Position numbers and translations under genes: made by a program | Assembly: GCF_006345805.1 (NCBI RefSeq) | Contig: NC_043012.1 | Coordinates: 37,014,001 to 37,078,000 of the forward strand | Source of the DNA: Octopus sinensis | Taxonomy: Eukaryota | Reading direction: 5' to 3' | Length of the DNA stretch: 64,000 bases | Notes under the pieces: generated by a model | Databases searched by the model: none | What the model was told of the DNA's origin: nothing | Seen by the model: only the letters and a program-made list of their open reading frames with translations | Shown: piece by piece, positions 12,001-25,714 of the stretch | Numbering within the stretch: position 1 is the first letter of the stretch | How the letters are laid out: every line of letters begins with the position of its first letter

Positions 12001-13657
12001 GACTCCAGCACCAATTCCGATTTGGCTGCACCAACCTCGTCGCATCACGGCGAAACGGCTTCGATCGCCGTGGTGGATCTGGAGGAGGACGTTCAACAAC
12101 CGAACGGCAACGAGATCAACACAAATACAACGGCGACAACAGACAAAAAGAGCTGTGCTGCGTCTTCAACACCCAAACACAGTAACAGTAATAATAATAA
12201 TAATAATCATTCACAACAACAACAACAACAACAACGGCGAGAGGAGGACGAGGTGGAGACTGACGAGGAAAACATGTGTGGTGTTGAAGATGACCACCTG
12301 GAAGAAGAAGAAGAAGAACACGACGACGACCAGAATCAAGCAGAAGATCAAGATATTGATATGCAAAGTCATCTCGATGCTCTGCAAGTTGTTTGTACGG
12401 CTGCGACGAACTCTGCCTCGTCGGAGGGAGAAGACGGCTGCTCGTCCTCCTTTAATTTCCACATGGAGAACAAACACACTCAAAGGAAAACAGACACAGA
12501 CATGAGGACTCTGAGTTCGTATTTGAAATCTTTAAACGAAAGCCGTAACCCGGAGAGGATACCACCGGATGAACTCGACAATTATTTATCAAGTTTTTTC
12601 ATGGTTGTCCGAAAAGCAGATGGAAGCGAATATGAACCAAAAACGTTAAGAGCAATTATGGCCAGCATTGAACGCTATTTAAGATGCAGAAATTACCCAG
12701 CTTCTATCACTAGGGACTATATATTTTCTAAAACCAGAGACTCGCTGAAAGAAAAGCAAAGAATTCTTAAAGAACAGGGAATCGGCAACAAACCCCGCCC
12801 CCCTGCTGATCCCCTCGGTGTTTTAGTGGCACAAAGGGTTAATCAGTTGTACGCTAAACAAAATATGGGTCCCTACAATCCCCTTTCAGTTGTCAGCACT
12901 CTCATTTTTGTTTTCATTGTTCACTTCAGACTTCGTAAAGCAGTCGACCATAAGAACTTATTGTGGGGTGATATACAGCTAAAAGTGGATAAAAACGGCC
13001 GAGAATACCTTGTTTATCGGCCGCAGAGTCTGCCATCACTTCCACCCCATATAGAAAATCACATTCGTCGCACATATAACATTTACGCTCAGCCTGATCA
13101 ACCGGAGCGCGATCCCGTTGCTATTTATCACCTGTATGCAGAGAAACGGCCTGCATCGATGAAATACAGTAACTCACCATTTTACCTTGGCATTTTTAGT
13201 CTAAATCCTTTACCGTTCCAAGACTGGTATCGTGCCTCAGCCATGGGAATCAACAAACTTTGTGATTTAGTTAAACAGATTCGTTCGATAACTGGTTTGC
13301 CCCGGGCTATGTATGCACAAGACTCTCCTTATCTTAGCCCTCAGTTTATCTCCAATGCCTTGATGGGACCGGATCCCTCGAAGGGAGATGTGAAGGGAGC
13401 TGCCGCTGCCGCCGCCGCCGCCTTAGCCAATTCTCAAGACCTGTCCTGTATGGATACCGTTGTTTACAATGTTGATTCGGACAGCGAAAGTATTACGGAA
13501 CAGCAATCAAATATGTCGTTTATTGGAAGCTTGGAGAATCACTCGAGTATGGATGAGAACATTCACGGGGAAGAGGTTGCTTTGCACGAGAAAGATGCTG
13601 CTGATGATGAAGATGATGATGATGATGACGACGAAAATGACCAACATCCACTATCAG
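11995..13657 (+). CDS. Coding exon 1 of a KIAA1958/ZMYM/QRICH1-like DUF3504 (Crypton-derived tyrosine-recombinase fold) protein
   Basis: Lies in long ORF 11917-13674. First ATG is at 11995 in AAGATGGCG context. After an acidic/polyQ N-terminus come the motifs LDNYLSSFFMVVRKADGSEYEPKTL, IERYL, LKEQGIGNKP, FRLRKAVDHKNLLWGDI, DPVAIYHLYAEKRP, PFYL and WY..AMGINKL, typical of DUF3504/Crypton domains. Donor CAG|GTAGTG follows 13657 (phase 1). Confidence 0.88.
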
Positions 13658-16600
13658 GTAGTGTATATATCTAAATGTATATATGTATATATATTGCTGT
13701 TGTTTTTATAACGTAGTTGCTGTTTATGAGACTGTCCCAACCACAGTTTTAATATCTCCCGTCCCACCACCACCACCTTCACCGTCCCCGACTCGCCATA
13801 GTCATTAAGTACATCAATTAGTCACCTGCTATTTCGGTTTGTAATGTTTTAATGATCACAACTAAAGCTAATTCATTGCTAGGATAGATTACTCACCACT
13901 GGCACCAAACACTACAACTTACACCCTTTCTTTCTCTCTCTCTTTCGTCGTTGTTGTTAATGTTTCATATTCCTGATAGATTGCTCATCACTACACCTCA
14001 GAGCTAGCACCGCCACCACTTCACCACGAGTACCAACACTATCACCAGCACCACCGCCACCACTACAACTTATACCTTTTTCTCTTGTTCTTTATATTCC
14101 TGGTGTATTGTTTACCACTAGCACCGCTACACCACGCCAAAAATTCACCACTGCACACACAGCAGCACAATACCAAACACCTCGCCACTAAACCCAAACA
14201 CTGGCAAGACAACACTTGAGTACTACACTAGCACACAAACACCTCACCACTGTCAACACTACCACCACAGCAACGCAACGCTACACACCACAACCACAGC
14301 CCCTACTGCTGTTGTTGTTTGTAACATTATCCACAACTGTTATTGTGTGGCTCTGTAATTCCTGCAGAGAACATCTTATAAACTGTTGACCCTTAAATAT
14401 TATATCCCTAAACTCTGTTTTACCTTGAACTGGTCACTTGCATGTCACACCTTGACCTTGTACCTATGTTGGTGATCAGATTTTACCTTAGTAGAGAGTT
14501 AATTACAAAGTTCCCATCAGAAATTAATACAATGATTTCTTATTTAGACACGAGGTAGATTGTTGAAAGGGAAGGGGAAGAGTTAGTACCTTGTTGCTAA
14601 TATTTATTATAACCGTCTCCTCATCCCAGATTGTTGAATATAGAAACAGGGTTAGCCTTGGCTTGATTTGAACTCTGAACTGATAGGAAACAAGTTCAAT
14701 ACTGTAACGGGTGCAAGAATAGTTATGTGATTTAAGGACTTTGCTTCCCAACCACCTGCCTCTGGATTCGTTCCCACTCTACAGAACCTTGGACGATTGT
14801 CTTTTACTATAACCTCAGACTGACCAAAACCTTATCAGTGTACTTAGGAGACAGGAACTGAAAGAAGGCCATTCTATACCATCATCATCATCATCATCTT
14901 TGTTTAACATTTGTTTTCCATGCTGGCATGGATTAGATGGTTTGACAGGGGATGGCCAGCTGGGGATCTGTCCAGACTCCAATGGTCTGTTGAGGCATTG
15001 TTCTATGGCTGGATGCCTTTCCTAATGCCAACCACTTAGCAGAATGTGCTGGTTGCTTTTTACATGGCACAGGTGCGTTTTCGCATATGTATATGTGTGC
15101 GTGTATAATGTATGTATAGGTGCAGGTGTGACGGTGTGGTACGAAGTTTGTTCCTTAACCACATGGTTCTGGGTTCAGTCCCACTTTGGATGTGTTCTTC
15201 CACAGTTCCAGACTCACAAAAACTCTGTGAGGAAGTGGATTTGGTTCATTACAAACTGAAAGAAGCCCACGCTGTATCTACATATACATGCTGAACCGCT
15301 AAGTCTACAAGTTTTTTCCATCATTCTCTCTGTTTCTTTTCTCTTATTTCTTTCTGTTAAAGAGCGTAGGCTCGAAACATGAAAGACTTTTTCATTTTCC
15401 TGAGCATCAAACTATTACACTTGCTTGTTGTTTATACACCTGTCTCTGTCTTGTTTTTCTATAAATTTCAACTATATATATACATACACACACACACATA
15501 TATGCGCATACATATATATGTGAAGGCATGTGGCTTAGTGTTTAGGTATGTTGCTCTTGCAATCATTAGGTCGGGGTTTCAACTCCCAGACCTGCTGTGT
15601 GTTGTATTCTCAAGCAGAAAACTTCATTTCATGTGGTTCCAGTCCTTACGACTGTAAATAGGTAACCCTGCAATGGATTAGCCTTCCACACAGAAGGGAT
15701 GCTAGTCCGCTCGTATAACCAGTGGGATGGCATCACTCAGAAACTAAAATGATGCAGAGCACATGTGACAAGCAATGTGTAACAACATCTGATAGTTTGT
15801 TTGCTCATGTGATATATATATATATATATATATATACTTGTATGTGTGAGTGTGTTTATGTTGCCTTGTCTTCACAACGTGTGGTAGTTGTAAATGATCA
15901 CCACTGTTATCCAAGTAGTGTCATTCATTTTCAATATCCTGCGAAAGTGTATCCGGCCATGGGGAAATATTCCTTTACCTGGAAGAAGATAAAGGTGAAT
16001 GACAGCCACAGCATCTGGACAAGTGTCTTCTTCTACAAACCGAGGGTCACAAAAGCCTTGTGAGTGGATTTAGTAGATGGAAACTGAAAGAAGCCCATTG
16101 TATATATGTATACATATGTGTGTTTGTGTTTTTGAAATGTCCTCCCTTCTCTATCACAACTGGTGTTGGTGTGTTTACATTCCTGTAAGTTAGTAATTCG
16201 GCAAAAGAGACTGATAGAACAAGCACCAGGCTCAAAAATGTAAGTGCTGGGTTCGATTGGTTTGACTGAAATTCTTCAAGGTGATGCCCTAGCATGGCCA
16301 CAGTTTAATGACTGAAACAAGTGACAGATAAAAGATAGACAAATGAAGCAAAAGCTTCTTTAATGGTTCCTTTCATCGGTTCTTTAGTATGTAGATATTA
16401 GTTCTTTTAGTAAGTCGCAACAGCAACCACCAAACTGGTGCACCCTGTTCAGTGGTGACTATTTCCAAATTCTTGTGGCAAACAATTTATAATGAAATTC
16501 AGTGAGAGAACCACTTAAAATAGTTGATTGATGTCTCCCAGTATACTCTGTAAAATGGTTGGCGTTAGGAAGGGCGTCCAGCTATAGAAATCATGCCAAA

Positions 16601-17291
16601 ACAGACAATGGCACTTGGTGTGGCTCCTGGTCTTGCCAGCTGCTGTCAGACTGTCCAGCCCATGCCACCATGGAAGACGGACATTAAATGATGATGATGG
16701 TGTATTTATCGTGAGACTGGTTTTGTATTTGGAAAGTTCCTCTCCAAGGAGCAGGCATGCATAAGCTCTTTTATGGGTGACCAACAGCTGACTATACATG
16801 TAAGTATTCCCAGTCTTTGCCACCAATGTCGACAAGGACCATATATACTGGTATCAGTGATGCCACCAGCAAAAGACAAAGAACCAAAACCACCTGTCTT
16901 TGGTTCCATCCCATCTCTATTTACCTGCAGTTTATATTAAGGACATTATATGAAACTTTGGCCTTTCCGTATGGCGCTAGTTGCCTACCTTCTTTCCTGC
17001 TGACCAAAACTTTTATATTTTGGTGTTTTTATTCTTGGCTTTGCTTTGATATCTGGAATTTCTTTTCTAATTCTTAAACAGATTTAGCTTTATCAACTAG
17101 ATCATCGGTATACAGAATTTCCTAAGGACATCTGGTTTTAAATCCCTTTATCATGACCTAAAGAGGAGGAGACTATGAACCAAACCCTGGTGGACACCGG
17201 CCTACATACAAAATTCCTCATTGCTGACTTTCACTTTGTTGGTAGCATTTCTGAACAGGGCTTTCATAATTCTTACAATCCATTCATCGAC

Positions 17292-17750
17292 CCCTTTAGC
17301 ATTTAAACTGGCCATTTCCGGCCAAAATATTCTGTCTGTTTTATGTTCAAACTGTCCAGATCTAGCTTCTCACACCTACCTTACAATATCATTCTAAAAA
17401 TTAAGGTGGTCAGCTGGCAGAAATGTTAGCATGCCAGGCGAAATGCTCAGTGGTATTTTAGCTGAGTTCGAATTCCGCCGAGGTCGACTTTGCCTTTTAT
17501 CCTTTCGGGGTCGATTAAATAAGTATCAGTTATGCACTGGGGTCGATGTAATTGACTTAATTCCTTTGTCTGTCCTTGTTTCTTTCCCCTATGTTTAGCC
17601 TCCCTGTGGGCAATAAAGGAATAAATATCATTCTAAAAATTAACAGTTACCACATCAGAATCTCAGAGCTACAAGAAAATGCCCAATTAATTAAAAACAA
17701 TAAACATGAACAAGCCTTGCATTTGACAGAATAATGTAAATGCTAAAGGG
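17292..17750. mobile_element. piggyBac-like MITE interrupted by a SINE (related copy at ~48342-48519)
   Basis: TIRs CCCTTTAGCATT / AATGCTAAAGGG, followed by TTA. The internal segment matches 48342-48519 in reverse complement. Confidence 0.68.
17405..17623 (+). mobile_element. SINE family B copy with a perfect 20-bp target-site duplication
   Basis: GGTGGTCAGCTGGCAGAA...GAGTTCGAATTCC...GGGGTCGAT body. AATATCATTCTAAAAATTAA occurs at both 17385-17404 and 17624-17643. Confidence 0.85.
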
Positions 17751-18689
17751 TTACAGCTAGTTTTGTTTGTTTGTGTTTTAGGGACCACCAGTACTACAGA
17801 GCTTTGTACCCTGTTAAAGGCCCTCTCCAGGTTTACAAATAGGTACAGAAGCTTGTTCTTTCACAAATGGCTTCTCCTTCTAGAATTGTTTAACTAGAAG
17901 CAGGCTTCAGTGACACTTGATACAAACCTAAACCATATTTGATATCAGCTAATTACCTTCCTAATTAGTTACGCTTTAACTATTTCTCTTACCTTCATGA
18001 CTTGCTCCATCAATTTGATACCTTCCGATTCTTTCTAGAGTATTTTCTTCTGCATTTGTAGCAGTTGATGCTGATATTGTTACCCCTGTCAGGGGACATG
18101 ACCCCTCCCTCTTCTTCTACTGGGCTTCGACCATGTGAGACGCTAGCACCTCTCCTACATCACTGGATATTTTCACTATCTCCAACACTGATCCTGGTGG
18201 TCCTGCTGCTTTTCGTCATCATCATCATCATCATCATTTAACACCCATTTCCTAGACTGGCATCTGCTGGATGGTTTGATAGGATCTTGCAAGCCAGAGG
18301 ACTGTGTCAAGTGCTGTTGTTGACATAGTTTCCTTGACTGAATGTCCTTTCCTGCCTTCATATTTATAATTGTCAAAAATTTTGTTTTTTTAGTCTGAGT
18401 ATCTTGTTAGCCATATATTGTTCACAGCTTGTTGTCAGCATCTCTCAAGAATCTTCCTCTTGATGTTGAAACTTGTAATTTATCTTTTCAAAATTCCTCC
18501 TCTCTGTATTTCTGAAGGGAGAAATGTCATTGAAGTATCGTTGTTTAAACATACCTTCTATCATACCTATATAATGAAGTGTATTGGGAGAAAGGGTTGA
18601 GTAATGCCGTAATTATAGAAGAGGGATGGGGGAATGGGTCTTGAAAGATGAATTGCTGGGAAGGTTTGACTGGATCTTGTTTTCTCAAG

Positions 18690-21600
18690 CACAGCGCATC
18701 GCCAATTATCTCAGTCCTTTCTCATCTCCTCTATGAGGCTCAACATCTTGAGTTCAGTTTTCACTACTTTGTCCCACATCTTCTTGCATCTTCCCCTTCT
18801 ACAGGTTCCGTCTACGTCTTGCAATCGGTACATCTTTATGCAGCCGTTCTCATTCACCTGCATCACATGACTAAACCATTGCACACCACATTTGATGCTT
18901 CTTATACCTAATTTTTTTTTTTCAACATATTTGAATTTTGTTGGTTTTGCATGTTCTCTGCATTCACAGTTCATGCTTCACTAACATGTAGCATTATAGT
19001 TCATGCACAAGCCTTTTACAGTCTGCCTTTCACTGTAAGAGAGAGAGAGAGACCTTTTGTTATCAGCTCAGGTAATATGTACCTGAACTTTCTCCAACCG
19101 GTTCTTATTCTAAAATCTACACTTTCAGAACATTCCCCTGCCTCCACTGCTGCTGTTTGCGTCTCCTAGGTAACAGAAACTATCTACTAAGTATCCTTCT
19201 AAACATTCCAGAAAACCTATTTCCCATGTGTTCTTAACCTTTTCAATACCAACCCGGCTGAAACTTCCTCTGGCTCTGTTAGTACAAATGTTTTGTTTTC
19301 AGAAAAAGTTCTGAATTAAAATCTTCCACCAAACACCTTAGTCACAATTTATGTTCCTAACACTAGCTGAATGATAACTAAGTTATCTCACTAAATTCTT
19401 TGTTATATTTAAAATTAATTGAAAGAAACACAGAGCATCTCAACAGAAATATGGTAACAAAAGGGTTAACAAATGATTAATTAAACCCTTTCGTTACCAA
19501 CCCAACTGAAACTGCTTCTGGTTCTGTAGGACAAATGTCTTGTTTTCAAAAGTTCTCAATTAAAATATTCCACCAAACACCCTAGTCACAATTTATGTAC
19601 CTAACACTAGGTTAACAATAACTAAGTTGTTTTACTAAATTCTTTGTTATATTTAAAATTAATTGAAAGAAACACAGAGTATCTCAAAATAAATACAGTA
19701 ACGAAAGGGTTAACAAACCCTTTTTATCTTGGTCCTTTGTCATACAAACCCTTTTCATACCAACCTGGTTGAAACTGCTTCTAGTTCTGTAGTGCAAATG
19801 TCTTGTTTTCAAAAGTTCTGAATTAAAATCTTCCACCAAACCTTAGTCGCAATTTATGCTCCTAACCCTAGCTTAATAATAACCAAGTTATTTTACTAAA
19901 TTCTTTGTTATATTTAAAATTAATTGAAAGAAACACAGAGCATCTCATCAAAAATCTGGCAACGAAATGGGGTTAATGTTTATTGCTCTTGTGACTGAAT
20001 ACACGTGGCTTAGTGGTAAGGCTGTTTGGTTCATGAACCTAAGGTTGTGAGTTTGATTCCCGGCAGCATGTTGTGTCCTTGAGCAAGACACTTTATTTCA
20101 CATTGCTGGCAAAAAGGAGTTATGCCTTTTGTGCTACACTGAATCTCCCTCAGAACTCCATTAAGGGTACACACGTGTCTGTGGAGTGCTCAGCCACTTG
20201 CCTGTTAATTTCATGAGCTGGCTGTTCCATTGATCGGATCAACTGGGACCCACATCTTCATAACTGATGGGGTGCTAGTTGATGCTCCTGTCCATCCTTC
20301 ACACTCAAAGCCTTCTTTCTCTGTTGACTTTCCTGGGATTTCACTGCATTGAGGACACTTTATGGCATTCCTACCAACATCTTCTCCACATATCAAACAA
20401 TGCCATTCAAACTTCAAACCCTTTCATTCCAGCCCTTGCTTTCATACCTTGAATTTTATTCTAATTCTACTGTAATTTCAGAGAAGTTCCCTGGGCAACC
20501 AATCTTAAACTCTTTTGTTATGGCATAGAGCATTGCAATAAACAGGAAAGGTCAAATAACTAAGCCCTGGTGGACTCCTACCTCAGTACTAAATTCATCA
20601 CTGTACTCATTACTAACCCTTGCCTTACTGACCGCACCCTTACCAGCCATTTGTGTACTCCTAGCCTCTATAGTGACCTCCAGATTGTGGAGCAAGGGAA
20701 TCCCATCAGAGGCTTTCTCCATGTCGATGCAGGCCAACTACAATAGCTTACTTTTGGCTAAATACTTGTGCAGTTGCTTTACTATAAGAGTATCGGTTGT
20801 ACTTCTCTCTGGCACAAAACCAAACTGCATCTCATCTCGGCCGACTCTCTTCTTAATTAATTCAGCCATAACTCTTTCAGCAATTTACATAACCTGTTCC
20901 AGCAATTGGATGCCTCTCTAATTACTTCTCTTTAAGACATCTCCTTTACCTTTCTAAACAGTTGGCTATAATGCTGCTGCACCAGTTGTTCGATTTGTTA
21001 CCGTTCTGTGCAATTCGACGAACTATATAAGGGTGTCTGGGCTGTATTCCACTGCACCAAGCACTTTAAACATCTTAGCGGTAATTCCTGATGAACCAGG
21101 GGCTTTTCTTGTTTTCATATCCTTCATTGCCTTGTCTGTAATATTGCCGCCAACTTAAATGGCTGGTTTCTCTGTCAGGTCCAAATTAGGAAAACTTCTT
21201 CGATGCATTTTTCACATTTAGCAGCCTTTCATAATAACACTTCCATGCTTGTTTTTTTTCGCAAGTTTATCATCATTCACCCAAACACACTTCTTTCCTA
21301 CCACACCTTCATCCAAAACACCTCATACCTCTGGTCCTATGTAGAACATTGGCAAACCCCTTCTCCCCTTGCTGGATAGACCTATCACCTAACTTCTTTC
21401 CAAGCTACCTGGGGTAGTTCTCTGCTGCCCCCATTCTTTTGATTCTTCCAAGCCTGTCTCTTTGCTTTTATGGCTCTCTTTCCCTGTTCTGCCCCCATAT
21501 CACCCTTGCTTGGGCTGCAGCTTTGCGCCAGCCACAGATTTGGTCTGTAGCCCTCAGTAAGCTGTCTTGTAAGAACTTGCAACTGTCCTGTATATTATAC

Positions 21601-22480
21601 ATCCCTAACTCTTCTTCCTTCTCATCAGATGCTTCAATTGAAATATCCCTAAATATCTGATTGCTCAATGGGTCTTTGAGTTTCCATACCCTCCTTTTCC
21701 AAACTCGTTTGTATCTCTGAGTCCTTTTGGATCTAAGTCTGAAGTCACTAACAACCAAACTTATGTTAGATTGTACACCTTTCCCTTGGAAAGGAGTTTG
21801 CACTCCCAAGCATCTACCTTCCCCATTTTCTTATAAGAATTCAGTCAATCTGGCTTAAGTGCTCCCCAGGTTGATAGATAATTGAGTATCTGGCAGGTTC
21901 TCTGAAGTTCGTGTTGTGGATCAACAAGCTAATGGCATCAGAGAACTCTAGCAGCCTCGTTCCCTCCTCATTTTTAGAACCAAAGATTTAACCTGCCTGT
22001 ATGATTACAGGTAAGTTCACCACCATCCGTTCACTGCAAGGAATGTTTTCTGAGAACATGTGTCCATAGTATCTCATTATTAGTAGTTAAAAACTTATTT
22101 TATTGAAAGAAAAAACAAAAATGATGAATTGATGACAAGGAAATTTTGTCTGCAGTGAATTGACGATGGTGAACTTACTGGACATGTGAATGTACCTCAT
22201 GACATTCATTGGAGTTCTACCCAACATTTCCATTGAAGTTACCATCCATGATAATAGGGTGATTGTCATCTCTCGTCAGGGTTGTGTGCAGAAGGCCTGC
22301 CCCACAGAAACGGTCCTTCTGTTCATCTGCCAACCCAGCTTGTAAAACCTTATACTGACATAAATGTTATTGTGATGGAACCAAACGACAATTCTCAGCT
22401 CAACAACCATGTTGCAAACACTCTGATTGTCTCAATCACTCAATCCAAGAATATGCCGACACCTGTTGCAATTAGCGGTT
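18690..22480 (-). pseudogene. Decayed RTE-clade LINE (EN-RT-3' region) interrupted by MITEs and a SINE
   Basis: Minus-strand remnants DMEKASD, EVGVHQG, CLICGEDVGRNAIKCPQC, RRVWKLKD and WFSHVMQ are homologous to 40375-41285 and carry many stops and frameshifts. Confidence 0.8.
19234..19976. mobile_element. Three adjacent ~230-bp piggyBac-like MITE copies (same family at ~47953-48157 and ~62086-62332)
   Basis: Units 19234-19469, 19481-19713 and 19749-19976 have CC(C)TTT...AGGG/GGGG ends and mostly TTAA flanks. Confidence 0.8.
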
Positions 22481-23632
22481 TTCTAGTTGCTTAATCAAGA
22501 AGAAAACCACCTGTTATTGAATAGCATTGTAGGTGGTTGAGTACCCCACTGACAATTACACCTTTAATATAACCCTCAGGCAGAATGAATGTGACAAGTC
22601 AACCAGATCCTTGAACTAAGGGCTCTGTCCATTTTGGGAGTTTCCACTTATGTTGTTACTTTTGCAAGGTTTGTATTAATCCATTGAAGTAATTGAAGAC
22701 AAATCAAACTCAGGATTTCATCCTTCATCATTGTTTAACGTCCGCTTTCCATGCTATCATGGGTTGGACGGTTTGACCGGGGTCTGGGAAGCCAGGAGGC
22801 TGCATCAGGCCCAGTCTGATCTGGCAGTGTTTCTACAGCTGGATGCCCTTCCTAATGCCAACCACTCTGTGAGTGTAGTGGGTGCTTTTTACGTGCCACC
22901 GGCACAGGGGCCAGGCCAGGCTGAATTCTTTTCATGCCATCATCGTCATCATCATTGTGTTAACGTCCCCCTTTTCCATGCTGAAACGGCTCAGATGAGG
23001 GCTGTTGAGGCAGATTTTCTATGGCCGGATGCTCTTCCTCTTGCCAACCCTTACCTTTTCCCCCAAACAAAATAACCACTGGTATGAATGGTGAAGCACT
23101 TGTTTACAATGAATGTAGGACCTCCTGCATGTATACACTCTCACACACATACCCATACACACAACAGGCTTCTTTCTGTTTCCATCTACTGAATCCATTG
23201 AAAGGGTTTGCTCAGCTTGGGGCTGCAGGAGAAAACACTTGTTCAAGGTAACCTTGCAATGGGAGTAAACCCAGACCACATGGTTGCAGAGCAAACTTGC
23301 ATATAAAATATGTCTACATGATGGTTGTCTACTCAGCACAGATAAGCACAGGCATTGCTGACCCTTCTGTGCAACTGTTTTCAGTTGAGTATGGCTTGCA
23401 CAACCCCACAACGACTCTCATTAACCCAGGAACCCAGAGATGAGCAAAGTGCAAGATATCCAGCTCCACAGAGCAGTGGGTTTTATATACAAGTTAGCCT
23501 TCTCCTAGAGGGATGTCATGACAAAGACTAGGGGCCCTTCGGACACCAACCCAAGTATTTCTACATCATGGTACTCATACATATATACATAAATACTGTG
23601 ATGCTCTTATAATCCCAGGGTGCAACTGCATG

Positions 23633-24280
23633 TGTAGGCTGTGTCATGTTTCTGTGGAAGACATCACGCATGTGATTAGCAGCTGTCCTAAAATGTCGCC
23701 ACGGTACTACCTCCCTATGAGGCACGATGTTGTTGCTAAAACAATTTACAATGCCATCCGCAAAAAAAGATGGTCCTGAAATAAACTTAGGAAATCCCTC
23801 TCTTATGGAATACATTCATAAACACCAACTCAAGAAGGAATATTGGTGGAATATAATATTCCCATCAAAACTTCTGTCAAATGTAAACATAGCAGGCTGG
23901 GACAGAGGAGCAAAGGTATGTACCATTATAGAGGTCAGCTGCCCTGCAGATATAAATATCTCTTTGAAAATCAAAGAAAAAGCGGATATCTATAGACAAC
24001 TGCTTCGAAACCTCCAGCTTCAATACCCAGACTATGAATTCATATTCAAACCAATAATAATTGGTGCATTAGGTTTTTTTTTGTTAGTAAATGCTTAAAG
24101 GAGAATCTGACCGGCTAATTCATATATTATAAGTGCAATTTGTGAATGGAACAGTAAAAATATGTAAGCCTTTTCTCAAGTTCCAAATGTGAATTTGCCT
24201 GTGTTAACTACATCCCAAAGATGGAGCCTTGTTTCTTTGTTGGAAACTGGGTCCCTCCTCAGTGGAATAGTTATAATAAT
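23633..24280 (+). pseudogene. 3' fragment of an RLE-type (R4/Dong-like) non-LTR retrotransposon
   Basis: CRLC-x8-H-x4-C knuckle, then RHD. After a frameshift come WWN, IIEVSCP.D.NI..K..EK..Y and PIIIGALG. It ends near TAATAAT at ~24273. Confidence 0.78.
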
Positions 24281-25468
24281 TAAAAAATAGAAGGGACATA
24301 CATACATTTTCTCTTTCTCTTTTACTTGTTTCAGTCTTATGACTGTGGCCATGCTGGAGCACCACCTTTAGTCAGGCAAATCGACCCCAGGACTTATTCT
24401 TTGTAAGCCTTGTACTTATTCTATCGGTCTCTTTTGCCGAACCGCTAAGTTACGGGGATGTAAACACACCAGCATCGGTTGTCAAGCAATGCTAGGGGGA
24501 CAAACACAGACACACATATATATACATATATACGACAGGCTTCTTTCAGTTTCCGTCTACCAAATCCATTCACAAGGCTTTGGTTGGCCCGAGGCTATAG
24601 TAACAGACATTTGCCCAAGGTGCCACGCAGTGGGACTGAACCCGGAACCATGTGGTTGGTAAGTAAGCTACTTGCCACACAGCCACAAACGTTAAAAAAT
24701 ATTCGTCTTCATCCTGTTGGGATTGATAAACTAAAAACACCAGTCAAATACTATGGGGGAATAGAATTGGCCAGCACCTTTCTCTCCTAATTGTTGATTC
24801 TGTGCCTTAATCAAAATCCATTATTTTGAAGCTAGTTTACATATAAGAAGGAACCATTTATCGCTGGTGGGGGTGGTTCGGTTATGAGAGTGGACCCAGA
24901 TTTATTGTAAATTCATGTTGGCTGGGACTCAAAAAATTTTATCTGCAAACTCAGCCATACTGGATAAATATGTTGATGGGTGCAAGTGGGGCTGTATGGT
25001 TAAGAAACTTGCTTCAGGTTCGGTGCAGGAGGGACTTGCTGCTATAAAAAACATTACGGCAAATAAATCCATGTGCAACCCATGCTAGCATGGAAAAATG
25101 GATGAATATCATTTTTTTTATAATTCGTTATTGAACTGACAAAGAAGCCTTCATATGATCACTCACTCTGCTAGGAATAGCAGTCAAAGCTCTCTGCCTT
25201 GAGAAGAAAAAGGAAGGACCCATTCATCATAGGTCTGCAGGACTGAGGATGTCCTATAGGTTAAACAACAACAACAAGTACAGTAGTTTATTATTATTAT
25301 TATTATTGTTATCATTATTTTGGCTATTTATTCCAATTGAGGTTAGTTCAAACATGTTTGTGATATTTTTAACTTTTAAAAGCAAAATTGCTGCAGTTTA
25401 CTGTAAAGAAAAACATTCCCACTTATAATAAAAGATGTGAAACCACTTTCTCTGTTCAAGGTCACACT

Positions 25469-25714
25469 CTGGGCTGTGGAGTCAAAACAAAAAACTTCGA
25501 CTCCGACTCCTCTTTATGTAATTAAGTGATTGTGGTCTACATATTATCTCACAAAGCATATGCATACGCTTGTACTTTGAGCAGGCCTATATCTTATAAC
25601 TGCTTTATATTAAAGAGTAGAGATATTGTGAGTCGGAATCAGAGTCAGTATAGATTTACTGACTCTGACTCCAGCTACCCTTTAATTGTTTCCAACTCTG
25701 ACTCCATAGCCCTG
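25469..25714. mobile_element. hAT-like MITE with GACTCC sub-terminal repeats
   Basis: TIRs C(t)GGGCTGTGGAGTC / GACTCCATAGCCCTG, with imperfect 8-bp flanks GTCACACT / GTCACTCC. Confidence 0.6.

Larger units (their letters stand above)
16700..18170 (-). pseudogene. Second, more decayed RTE RT fragment
   Basis: Minus-strand GVHQG (~17185-17199) and EILYTDD (~17102-17122) remnants, with a MITE and SINE nested inside. Confidence 0.55.

Noticed and set aside
12469-13302. Active Crypton transposon or phage integrase
   Set aside because: The C-terminal catalytic residues are not recognisable, and the domain is spliced into a multi-exon host gene with low-complexity flanks.
24215-24270. Minus-strand CTGAGGA...GAAAC
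   Set aside because: No convincing stem II, so probably chance within a LINE 3' UTR.
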